Positions 38,791-51,292 of a stretch of 64,000 nucleotides of DNA are shown one piece after another. Within the stretch, counting starts at the first letter, position 1. Each line of letters starts with the position of its first letter. Origin of the DNA: Octopus vulgaris (lineage: Eukaryota). The notes under the pieces were generated by a model. It was not told the origin of the DNA. It made no database searches and saw only the letters and a list, made by a program, of their open reading frames with translations. The stretch is taken from the NCBI GenBank assembly GCA_951406725.2, contig OX597816.1, positions 87,606,001 to 87,670,000 on the forward strand, read 5' to 3'. The position numbers and the translations under genes were made by a program.

Positions 38791-40334
38791 CCTGCTTTCG
38801 TGGTGGAATAGCTATCTGCATTACAGTATGTTTTCATCTGGCACTATATCCACCTTCTAGACACAATAACTAACTGATTGATGGCACTCAACACAATGAG
38901 CAAAATAACAAGCACTGCACATCCTGCAGTTCTTTTCCTTAACTGGATTCCTTTCTCTGAAGCCTCTGCAGATTCCACCACACCCCCCTTTCCCCTCCCA
39001 ACATCCAATGCCTAGGTGATGTTGCTCTACTGCATCATCATTATCATCACCATTATCTTCATTTAACATCATTTTTGATGCTGACATAGATTGGACAATT
39101 TCACAGGATCTGGCAAGCCAGAGGACTGCACCAAACACCTCTGTCTGTTTTGACATGGTTGTTACAGATACCCTTACTAATACCAACCACATAACACAGT
39201 AGGTGCATTTTATGTGGCACCAGCTCAGGCAAGGTCTGTCTGGCATAGTTTTTATGGCTGGATCATATTTCTTAAACATGCCTCATACAGCCTTCACAAC
39301 CATCAAAAACAGAAGTGTAAAGGAGATTGTATAAACTTAGACGTATTGCCGTGTATGTATGAGTATACCTGTAAATGTGTCTGTTTATGTGTGAGTGTTG
39401 TTTACTTTAATGATAATCTTTTTAATTTAGCCATTTCTCAATAATCATTAACTTTTTTTACAGCCATTTTACATGTTTTTCTTTCTTTTATGTTCACTTA
39501 CATGTGTATATGTATGCATGTCTGTGCTTGTTTGTGTCATGTGTGTGTGTGCGTTTACTTGTATGTTTATGTGTATCCGCCACATGTTTCGTCAACTGAT
39601 TAATTGTTCTGTGATGAAGATAATCCTCTTTTTTATAGTAAACTTAATTCAGTTAATCTAATGTTAGCAAGTTCTAATTGTATTAGTTGTGGTGGTGGTG
39701 GTGGTGATGGTAAACTGATGTTTCTGTTGATGTTAAATACTCGTAGTCACAGTATTGGCAATGTTAGAAGCCATTGTAGTGGTCGTTGGAATCGGAGAAA
39801 CATTAGTAGTAAGTAGCTTTAGCAGTTATGGTGATAGGAGGTTGAAGTGTGGGGTAGGTACCCTTCTCCATAAACAATCAATGGTATGGGAAATGAATGC
39901 AGAAAGAGAAAGAGAGAGGTGGGGATGATAAAATTGTTAATTGTTAATTACGGTGATATTCATGAAGATGATGATGATGATGCTGGTGGTGATAATGTCA
40001 ATGTCAAGAACAGCAGCAACAAAAACAATAACTATTTATAACATGTACTCGGCCAGAAATTTTGAGAGGTAGGGACAATTGATCAAATCATCAAATTTAT
40101 ACCAGTACATCACTGGTACATTTTTTTTTTTTTTTTTTTTTGACTGGATCCAGAAGTATGAAAGGCCGATGCTGACCATGCTGAATCCATCCAGCAGTTC
40201 TCGATTTATCTTGTTCACAGACAAACAAGTAAACAAACAAATAAACATAACTGAAAACAAAATCTCCGCCTTCGCTAAGGCAGAGATGATGATGATGATG
40301 ATGATGATAATAATAATAATAATAATAATAATAA

Positions 40335-40836
40335 ATGCCCTGATGTAATACCAGACAGTGGCTTTCATGGCTTCTCATCTTAACTGATTGGAAGTGTTAT
40401 CATGTACATTGTTTTGTCTTATATAAAAGATGGGCTACAGCAAATATTCTACTCAATGCTACAGATTTGCTTGTCAGTTGCTTGACCATAACCACTTGAG
40501 CATGTCCCTTAGTGGCTGCCAATATGTGCATCTCTGACCTTAAGGAGAAGTTGTTGGGGGAACATCACAGTCATGTGTTGAGGAATTCTTTGGGGTTTTG
40601 ATAATTCGCCTCTGGAAACATGGGTGTTTCATTCAGCACCCTTAAACAACCCTTATTCAGGGACCTTTTGAGCGGGTTGGGCTACTTGACCTGTATGAGA
40701 TCACCATGTCACGTACATATGGTTGTGATACATGTGCCTGGTGTACCCCTATCAGACAGGTAGTCATGATGGGTATACTGGGCTTTGTATATTTTACCCC
40801 AATGTCACTTTGATGACATGCACTGCTCTCTCACTC
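40335..40836 (+). mobile_element. (TAA)n-associated repeat family D, both termini present (internal deletion near 40693)
   Basis: (aat)n-atgccctgatg ... ctctctcactc-(aac/aat)n. Confidence 0.88.
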
Positions 40837-40952
40837 AACAACAACAACAACAACAACAACAATAACAATAACAATAACAGTAATAATGATAATAATAATA
40901 AGAGTAATAGTAATAGTAATAATAATAATAATGATAATGATAATAACAATAA

Positions 40953-41413
40953 GTGCCCTGATGCAGTACCAGCCAGTGGTTCTCATGACATCTGATCTTA
41001 ACTGATTGGAAGTGTAGTCATGTATATGTTTCATCTTGATATAAATGATAGGTTATAGCAAATATTCTGCTCAGTACCACAGATTTACTTGTTAGTTGCT
41101 TGACCGTAACCAGCTGAACATTTCCCTTGGTGGCTAACGATATGTGCATCTCTGATCACGAGCAGAAGTAGTGGGAGCAGGGGCATCATAACCATTCCTT
41201 GGGGTTTGAATAATTCACCTCTAGAAACATAGGTTTTCCGTTCATCATCCTTAAACAAACCTTATTCAGGGAACTTTTGAGCAGGATGAGCTACTCGACC
41301 TGAAGGAAATCCTAACTGGACCCCCCCCCCACTTGCAAAGTCATGTGCTGTTTATCTTGATATGAGATCACCATGTATATATATGGTTGTGATGCATGTA
41401 CCTGGCATACCCT
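40953..41413 (+). mobile_element. Second tandem copy of family D, lacking the ctctctcactc end
   Basis: Collinear with 40335-40750 and separated from it by (AAY)n at 40837-40952. Confidence 0.88.
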
Positions 41414-41997
41414 AATATCATCAGTCACAGTCCTAGACTAGTATTTCATTTTATCAAATTAGTGTAACTGAACTCAGAACTTACAAAACTGTAATAAATA
41501 CTGCAAGGCATTTTCTTCCAGCACCCTAATGATTCTGTCAATACACTTCCAGTAACAATAATCGTTTCTACTGTTTCTACTATAGGAGGCACAAGGCTTG
41601 AAATTTTTGGGGAGGGGGCCAGTTGATTAGATCGATCCCAGTTCGCAACTGGTACTTAATTCATCAACCCCCAAAAGGATGAAAGTCAAAGTCGACCTTG
41701 GTGGAATTTGAATTCAGAACGTAGTGACGAGTGAAATACCGCTAAGCGTCTTGTGCAGAGTACTAATGATTATGCCAGATCGCTGCATTAATAATAATAA
41801 TGATAATAGTAATGATAATAACAATGGTAGTAATAATATTGTTGAATGTCTCCCATGATAATTTAACAACGAAGTATCAAAGCTTATAATGTGCGGAAAG
41901 AGGCCCTGTGAGACCTCTGACAGCTAGCTGATGTCCGTTCTCACAGAATCTACCAGAACAAACAAGACCGAGCATTCTGAGAATTAAAACAATGATG

Positions 41998-42040
<43 letters not shown>

Positions 42041-44691
42041 CTTTTTCTGCTAAAAACACAAAATCTGAAGTTTTGGCAATGAAGGTTAGTCAATTTTGTC
42101 AAACCTCCCCCCACCCACTGCTCAACTGGTATTTATTATGTTGACCATGAAAGACTGAAAGATAAATCCACCTTTACATTCAGCTTTGATAATTATAATT
42201 CATAATTTTGGCCCAAGACTGGCAATTTGTAAAGGTGACAAGTGGTAGTGTGTGAGTCTGTGTGTGTGCAGGGGGCGGTTGTTTATTGCATTGGCTCCAG
42301 TGCCTGAAAGGATGAAAAGCAATGTCATCACCCTTGGCTGAATTTGAACCCAGAATGTAAAATAACTGAAAAAAATTCTAAGAATTTTGTCTTCTGCATT
42401 AATGATTCTATCACTAATGATGATGATGTTCATTTCAATGTAATTTGGATGTGTGTGAGGCTGGGGTGAGCTGGGTGCATATAATTAATTAGTTTGACCC
42501 CAGTACCTGGCTGCTGTTTAGGTAAACAGCAAGAATGGAAATCAGTAAAACACCCCAATGGGGATTGAACCACAAAGTGAAAGTAATATAACTCGATGAC
42601 ACAAGGTACCTTTTGTGATACTGTATAGATTCTGTTATCCACCACCTGAAGAATAACGACAACTGTGATTGATGATTAATTAGAGTCAGCACTAGCCTAG
42701 AAGTTATAAAGAAGTGAGTGCTATTGTTGATAATTGAAATAATCCCAGTATATTTATTGATTAATACCCAGAGGGGCCAGGCGAAGTTAACCTCAGCAGA
42801 GTTTGAACTCAGGATAAATACAGAGACCATAGTGAGAGGGAAGGTTGATTAGGTCTAAATTGCTGATTAGTCATTTAGTTGGTGGTAGTGGTGATTATGA
42901 TGATGATCGACTACCATTTCTGCTTTTAATTGCTTTATTGTTATCTATGGTAGTGAGTATGACAAGTATCGTTATGATGATGATAGTTGATGGCAGTTGT
43001 GGTGGTGGTAGTGGAGATGGTGGTGACGACGTTGATGATGGCGATGGTGATAAAGATGAGGAGATAATGATGGCAACGATTTAAACTAATGATGATTATG
43101 AGAATGGTGATAATGACAACGGCAACAATGAAGATGATGATGATGATGATGATGATAATCATCGCTGCTGCCGTCATCGTCATCATCATCATTACCGTCA
43201 TCAAAACTAATTTATTTTCCAACAGCCAAATTTTCACGATCTTTTATCGTGCCACTCATCTGCCACTAATCTCCCGATAATCTTTCCTCTTCGATTTTTG
43301 AGTAAAGGGGTGGGGAATATGTTTTGATAATTTTTTTTGTTTTGCTTTTTCTGTTCTGCAACAACATCAAAAACTACAAACAAAACAAAATGGAAAAAAG
43401 AGAAGACGAAAAGAAAACCCCATTAATTAAGCTGCTTTTTTTTTTTATGAAAGCCAATTATATTTGTATTATATTTCAAGTTGCTCTGAGGTGGTACTGG
43501 GGTGGGTGTTAGTGTAGCAAGATGGTTTTGTTGCTCTCTTGTTTTGCTTTTCAACTTCAGGTTCTTTTCTGAGTTATCTCCCCTTTTTTATGGGGTACTT
43601 TAGCTCTTCATTTGTCCTATCCATCTTATTGCAAACATATAATGTACCTTGTTGGAGTATATAGCAACAATAAACCTCTGTTGGCAGTCAATGCAAGTCG
43701 TTTTATCGGGTCAACTCTCACTGAGCAAATTTACGATCAGATAGATGTGTTTCTGCTGTGACTGTCCTTACTTTTCCTCTTTAAGGGAAATCCTGCTGCT
43801 TTTTCTAGCATGCCAGCTGACCATGAAGAGGCTCCCTTATTGATTTTCAAAATGCCAGTTGAGATGTTGGTGAGCAGTGGCTTTGTGGATTGCATTGGTG
43901 CATGTATTTATGTATGAATGTATGTACACACATATATGCTCACACACACACACACACATGCATGCATACATATATACATACGTGTACACATACATACATG
44001 CATACACACACACACACACACACACACATAGTTGTCCTTCATTCTGGTAAAATGGAAAGTGTCTGTGGATTCATGATTTGTGGAGACTACTTACATTAAT
44101 GGTGGTTGTTTTTCTTCATAGATAATCTTATTAAGCTTAGATAACGCTTCGATATCGCTATCTAATTTCTGGAGGTGAAGTTCTGTGGCACAGATACATG
44201 GCAGGCCTCTTTCAAGTTTTTTTTCCTACCAAATGCACCCCCAAGGCTTTGGTCAACCCAAAGTAGAAGATACCTGCCTATGGTGCCACGCAAGCAACCC
44301 CTGAAACTAAAACCGTGACACCGATGCATTACAACCGCAAAATATTACAACCACTGAAAGAAACATACTAACCAACACCTACTAGTACCAACACTTAATA
44401 ATCACTGATCACTGACACAGTTCTGGTCTGTGTGTGTGTCTCTCTCTCTCTTTCTGTCTCTCTCTCCTTCTCTTTCTTCCTTTCCTTCTTTCTCTCTTTT
44501 CTCCTCTATCTGCCTCTTTCTCCCTTTCCCTCCCTCTCCCCCCTCACACACACACACACAAACTACCTACAGTCATTTTTGATACAAATACTATTTCCTT
44601 CCTTTACCTCTATTATTACTACAGATGGCTTTTGCTTCTCAGAACTAACAAGTTACATAAAGATATTTCTATCCCAGTCTACTAGAGAGAC

Positions 44692-44750
<59 letters not shown>

Positions 44751-45309
44751 CCTCCTCGCAGTATTATTTCTATTATATCTCATACCAGACTTTGCACTGA
44801 ACACTGTTGATCATCTCTTGATGATGGTCTTTTGGAATTTTTTTCTTCTGCACCAGGAAAGCCTGTAAATATCATGGGTATCTTGACAATTGTATAAAAA
44901 CAAACACAAACTACACACAAACGTATACTACATATATAGATAAACATATCTCCACCTTGTCTATATATTTCTTGGCTTCTAAGGATTGTATAATTTTGTG
45001 CGTATATATATATATATATATATATATTTGCGTGCGTGTGTGTGTATGAATTTAAAAGAGTTGTGACACACCAAAGAGTTTATATAGATTTATTATTTCT
45101 ATATAAGTAAATATATATCTAACATCATAAAATGCTATGTGGAAGCCTTAAAATAATTTAGACTTCATAACCAGGCCCTTGAGGGAGATGTCTGTTTATC
45201 AACCGAAGGAGTGTGATTTTGATCTAGTTTTGTCTCTTTCAGCTTCAGTGCAAACATTAAACCATATATGTTATTTTAATCAGATGGTATATGTATATAT
45301 ACAAATATA

Positions 45310-45351
<42 letters not shown>

Positions 45352-45420
45352 AATGTGTATATAGATATATCTAAGTACGTATATATATATATATATCTAA
45401 GTACGTATATATATATATAC

Positions 45421-45483
45421 AGACCCCAGTTGAACCGTCCAACCCATGCTAGCATGGAGAACGGACGCTAAATGATGATGATG
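45421..45483 (+). mobile_element. Short RTE 3' tail insertion
   Basis: ccgtccaacccatgctagcatggagaacggacgctaaa(tga)n. Confidence 0.88.
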
Positions 45484-45560
45484 TATATATTTATATATAC
45501 ATATACACAAATGTGTGTGTATATATATATATGTATATATTTATATATACATATACACAA

Positions 45561-45608
<48 letters not shown>

Positions 45609-45628
45609 TTATATATACATATACACAA

Positions 45629-45668
<40 letters not shown>

Positions 45669-45698
45669 TTATATATACATATACACAAATGTGTGTAT

Positions 45699-45743
<45 letters not shown>

Positions 45744-45763
45744 TTATATATACATATACACAA

Positions 45764-45817
<54 letters not shown>

Positions 45818-45842
45818 TTATATATACATATACACAAATGTG

Positions 45843-45873
<31 letters not shown>

Positions 45874-45893
45874 TTATATATACATATACACAA

Positions 45894-45935
<42 letters not shown>

Positions 45936-45955
45936 TTATATATACATATACACAA

Positions 45956-45997
<42 letters not shown>

Positions 45998-46024
45998 TTA
46001 TATATACATATACACAAATGTGTA

Positions 46025-46068
<44 letters not shown>
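45483..46068. repeat. Compound minisatellite: 9 copies of gtatatatttatatatacatatacacaaatgtg separated by variable (TA)n
   Basis: Units start at about 45483, 45533, 45601, 45661, 45736, 45810, 45866, 45928 and 45990. Confidence 0.93.
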
Positions 46069-46069
<1 letters not shown>

Positions 46070-46937
46070 ACGCACAATCTGTTGATATCTGGAATAAGTC
46101 ATCAATCATTATTATCATATACTTTAAATTACACAGGCACACTCACTCACACGCATGTATATTATTTTTATTTCATGCTATTGTGAGCAATGGTGTCATT
46201 GGTTTTGAGGTTTCCTAACAGGCCAATTTCTGGTTCATAGCATTTCCGATGGGGAGAGTGACAAAAGAGTGTAACTCGGACAGAATAAATACCACATGAT
46301 ATTTTTGTCTGTGGCTCTGATTTATTGTCAATTCTTTGCCAGTGCGTGTAACTTTTAATGTTATTACATGGACACATATGCATGCCCACATGCACGTGAG
46401 CGCGCACACACACACCCAACATCATCATCATCATCATTTAATATCTGTTTTCCATTCTGGCATGGTTGGAGTAGCTTGACAGGAAGTGGCAAGGCCAAGG
46501 GCTACACTTGGTTTCGCAGTCTATTTTGGCATGATTTCTATGACTGGATGACTCTTCCTAATGCCAAACACTTGACAGAATGTACTGGGTTCTCTTTACA
46601 TGGCACCATCACCCATTATTTTTACATGGCACTGGCACTAGTGTTCTTGATGTGGAACCAGCATGGGGGCATTTTATCTGGCACCAGTACCAACACCAGT
46701 TGGCACACACACACACACATAATGTTATTCCTCATGTGTAATGATACTGAAACTAGGATCATGTTGCTGTGAAATAAAGGGCTAAATTTAATATACAATA
46801 CAAGCATGGAACACTCACATATAGTACTTGGAGTTTGCCACTAGTCAAAGGTGTGAATTTATTTCCAATCAATAGCCAACACACATCATCTTTTATCAGC
46901 TTTCTTACATACTTACATTGATATATATATATATATA

Positions 46938-47126
46938 AGGCAATGACGAAAGACCGAGACCTCTGGAGATATGCTGTGACAGCAAAGACCCGACAAATAA
47001 AGTGAGTTCATGGCTGTATCCTACACCAGCTTCACATAACCAGCCCTAGCCCTTTCAAAGTACCTTGGATCGCAGAATGTCCAATCCATGCTAGCATGGA
47101 AAACGGACGTTAAATGATGATGATGA
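46938..47126 (+). mobile_element. Internally deleted RTE 3' end within a (TA)n/(TG)n tract
   Basis: gcaatgac...gaccgagacctctggagatatgctgtg (cf. 3320-3370 and 3480-3520) joined to the tail ccatgctagcatgg...(gat)n. Confidence 0.8.
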
Positions 47127-47136
47127 TATGTGTGTG

Positions 47137-47190
<54 letters not shown>

Positions 47191-47193
47191 ACC

Positions 47194-47620
47194 TGGTTTT
47201 CCGTGAGTTACATTAATGAGTGTTCCAGATGATTTAATCAACAGAACAGTCTGCTTGTGAAATTAATGTGCGAGTGGCTGATTACTCCACATACATGCAT
47301 ACTGTTAATGTAGTTCTCAGAGAGGTCCAGCGTGACACACCGAATGTGACAGGGCCATCCCATTGAACTGCAGGTACAACTCTTTCACCTCAACTTTCTC
47401 TCACTCTTTCTTCCTGTTTCTGTTGTACCTGTATTTCAAAGGGCCAGCCTTGTCACATTCAGTGCCATGCTGAACCCCCCCCCCATCTCCTCCCCATGAA
47501 CTATGTTAAGGGTTCATGTGTCTCTGGAGTGCTCAGCCACTTGCACGTTAATTTCACGAGCAGGCTGTTCCGTTGATCGGATCAACTGGAACCCTCGTCG
47601 TCATAACTGACGGAGTGCCA
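47194..47620. mobile_element. Two inverted copies of one SINE-like 3' module forming a ~185-bp foldback
   Basis: 47194-47380 is a diverged reverse complement of 47422-47620. 47391-47421 shares caactttctctcactct..ctt.ctgtttct with the minus strand of SINE C (18534-18565). Confidence 0.85.
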
Positions 47621-47681
47621 TGAAGATATATATATATACACACACAGATATATGTAATATATATATGTACATATATACATA

Positions 47682-47720
<39 letters not shown>

Positions 47721-47726
<6 letters not shown>

Positions 47727-48010
47727 AATCCAAACGGGAAACAAAAAAACAACAACAAGGGAACAATTACAGTATTATTATTAATAGGCGCTCAGGAAAT
47801 GGAAGCAGGAAGGTATGACGTTTCGAGCGGAGCTCTTCGTCGGAAACATAAAGAAGGAAGAGAGAGGAAAGAAAGATCCCGGAGCGGGCAACGGAGATAG
47901 AGAAAAAAACGGCTGGTGTTAGCAGAAGCACATGGTGAAAGGCGGATGTTTACGATAACAAGAGCAAAGTGGGTTTTTAAAGGCAAAAGAGTGGAGACAA
48001 GGTTGGTAAC
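47721..48010 (-). mobile_element. Penelope-like terminal repeat with hammerhead motif, CpG-intact (young)
   Basis: Minus strand: gttt-CCGACGA-a-gagc-tcc-gctc-GAAA-cg-TC (47846 down to 47817), then cctgagcg and a T-rich end into (TA)n. Confidence 0.75.
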
Positions 48011-48559
48011 GCAACAGATGTGTGTGTATGTGTGAGTGTGTGCGTGTGCGTGTGTGTATGTGTGTGTGTGAGGCGAGGTAAAAAAACAAAAAATATATGT
48101 ATGTGTTAGTGTGTGCGTCTGTGTGTAGGCGTGTGAGGTAGGGCGAGACGGTGGTCAGCATAGCAGCAGCATAGCAGACAAAGGTCAGTAGTGAGAAAAG
48201 GGAGGAAGGAGGAAGGGAGGGAGGGGAAGGGGTGGGGGCGTATGTAGCGTGCCAGCGTGTGTTGAGTGGTAGTGTGTGTGTGTGTCCAGTGTCGTGGTAG
48301 TATTAGTGGCGAGTAGATTGAATGTGTGTAAGAGTGAGGTATATGTTTAAGCAATGTGTGTATATGTGTGCGCGTGTGTGTAACGAAAAAAAAGGGGGGG
48401 GGTTAGGAAAAGGACTCCAGCGGAGGGGAAGATGGAGGAGTGGTCCCGCGGAGACGGGCGTGGGAAAACCCAACGACACGCGACATCCCAGGAACGGGCG
48501 GGAGGTCTCGTCGGATCCAAGGGCGAGGTGCATGCGGGCGCATGCGTGCGCGAACCGGC

Positions 48560-49824
48560 GCAAACGCGTGTGTGCGCGAGCCTGCGAGTGTGCGCGTACG
48601 TATGTGTGCGTGTGGATGTGTGAGTGTGTCTGTGTGTATGTCTGGGTGGCAGTGTGTCCGATGAAAGTATGTGAGTATGTGTGTATATATGTGTGTGCAT
48701 AGATGTATGTCCGTGTGTGTGTGTGTGTGTGTGTATGTGTGTATGAGTGTGTATGTATGTACGTGTGGGTGTGGGGAAGTGTGTGTATGTGCATGTGTGT
48801 GCGCGAACATACAGGTGTGTGAGTGAGTGCGTGTGTGTGTATGTATGTGTGAGTGTGTATGTATGTGTGTGTAGGATGCATGTATGTGTATGGGTGTATG
48901 TATGCGTGTGTGTATGTATGTATGTGTACGTGCGTGTGTGTGTGTGTATGCGTGTAGGTGTGCGCGTGTGCATGCGTGCATGTATGTGCGTATGTGTGTG
49001 TGTGTGCATGTGTGTGGGTATATATGTGTGTGCGTATATGTGTGTGTATGTGCGTACATGTGTGTGTGTGTGCATGTGTGTGTGTAGGTGTGTAGGCGTG
49101 TGTGTATAGGTGTATGTATGTAAGTATGTATGGGTGTGTCCGTGTATGTGTGTATGTATGTGTGTGTATGTAGCTGTGTGGGCGTGTGTATATGTGTGTG
49201 TATGTAGGTGTGTAGGCGTGTGTATATAGGTGTATGTATGTATGTCTGGGTGTGTCCGTGCATGTTTGTGTGTGTGTGTGTGTGCATGTGTATGTAGGTG
49301 TGTGTGTACGTGTGTAATGTATGTGTGTATGCGTGTGTATGCGTGCGTGTGTGTATGTAGGTGCGTGTGTATGTGTGTGGGAGTGTAGGTGTGTGTGTGC
49401 GTGTGCGTGTTTATGTTGGTGTGTGCGTATGTGAGTGTGAGTGTATGAGTGTTTGTCATGCATGTGTGTGCGCGTGCAGGTGAGTGTGTGTGTAAGTATG
49501 TGTGTGTGTATGTTTGTGTGAGTGTGTATGTGTGTATGTCTGTGTGTATGTATGTGCGTATAGGAGTATGTAGGTATGTGTGTGTGTATGTATATGGGTG
49601 TATGTATGTGTGTGTGTGTGCATGTGTATAAGTATATGCGTGTGTGCGTATGTGTGTGTATGTGTAGGTGTGTGTGTTTATGTATGTGTGTATGTATGTG
49701 TGTAGGCGTGAGTGTGTAGATGTATCTATATATGGGTGTGTGTCAGTGTGTGTTTGTGTGTGTGTAGGTAGATGTGTGTGTCTGAGTGAGGGTATGGCTG
49801 TGTAGGTGTGTGTGTGTATGAATG

Positions 49825-49825
<1 letters not shown>
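48560..49825. repeat. ~1.3-kb degenerate (TG)n/(TATG)n/(CG) low-complexity tract
   Basis: Direct reading; source of the 294-523 aa His/Thr ORFs. Confidence 0.95.
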
Positions 49826-49882
<57 letters not shown>

Positions 49883-50644
49883 ATATATGTACGTACACAC
49901 ACACACATATGTGTACACTATTTTTTATCTGTTTCTGTGAAATCTCTATGTATGTATTTGTATATGTGTAATCCCGTGTGTGTTAGTCTATATGTGTGTG
50001 TTGCACCACTAATGTTTTTTTGTTTTGTTTGTGTCTATAGATGTGTGTGTGTGTGTGTGTGTATGTAAATTAACTATTTGCTAACCCAGTTTTCTTTTTG
50101 TTTTATTTTCATGTCTGTCTGGCTGTCTGTCTGCCTGCCTCTAATCCTATTAGTTTTTTTTTTTTCCTTCTCATTTTCTTTTTGTTTGCTTCAATCATTC
50201 ATACCACCACCACCAGCATCATCATCATCATCATCATCATCTTATTTGTATTCTTGGCACACATCTCTCTCTTTCTCTCACACACATAGTGATTGACCCT
50301 GACAGTTTTGCATCTATGGTGAGGTCACATTGGCGAGAGAGGGAGGGAGATGAAGAGATAAAGGTATGAGAGGTACAGACAGAGATGGTGGGATCAGAAG
50401 AGCTGAGAGGTAGGAGAAAATGCAGTGTTTGTTTGTTTGTGTGTGTGTGTATAGGTAGATAGATAGGTGTGTGTGTGTATAGGTAGATAGATAGGTGTGT
50501 GTGTATGTGAAAGAGAGTAGGGAGAAATTACTGCAAGAGTCATAGAGTTGATTCCCAATAGAATGGAGAGAAAGAAAGGGAAGAAAAATAGAAGAGATCT
50601 TGTGGGAGTGTACAAAGAAAGAGAATGAGTTTATAGTGAATTAT

Positions 50645-50664
50645 ATGTGTGTGTGTGTGTGTAC

Positions 50665-50696
<32 letters not shown>

Positions 50697-50709
50697 GTGT
50701 CTATGTATG

Positions 50710-50796
<87 letters not shown>

Positions 50797-50892
50797 CTGT
50801 ATGTATATATATATATATATGTGTATGTGTGTCTGTGTGTATATATATGCATGTGTGTGTGTGTGTGTATGTATGTGTATATATATATGCAT

Positions 50893-50942
<50 letters not shown>

Positions 50943-51292
50943 ATATATATATATATATATGTATGTATGTGTGTATATATATATATATATATGTATGTAT
51001 GTGTATGTATGTATATATATATGTGCGTGTGTACGTGTCTATATATATGTGTATACATGTATGTATGTGTGTATATATGTATGTGTATGTATGTATATAT
51101 ATGTGTGTATATATATGTATGTGTATATATGTATGTATGTTTGTGCGTGTGTACGTGTCTATATATATGTGTATACATGTATGTATGTATATGTGTATAT
51201 ATGTGTATGTATGTATGTGTGTGTGTATATATATATGTATGTGTATATATATATGTATGTTTGTGTATATGTGTGTGTGTGTATGTATATAC
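50645..51292. repeat. Compound (TA)n/(TG)n/(TATG)n tract with a higher-order duplication
   Basis: gtgcgtgtgtacgtgtctatatatatgtgtatacatgtatgtatgt occurs at ~51023 and ~51143. Confidence 0.95.

Noticed and set aside
45472-46218. ORFs of 223-248 aa and a CRISPR-like repeat/spacer look
   Set aside because: The spacers are only (TA)n, there are no cas genes, and the context is eukaryotic; the ORFs are Tyr/Ile microsatellite translations.
48303-49918. Long ORFs of 294-523 aa (His/Thr/Tyr-rich)
   Set aside because: They are translations of a degenerate (CA)n tract that is open in all three minus frames; there is no protein-like complexity.
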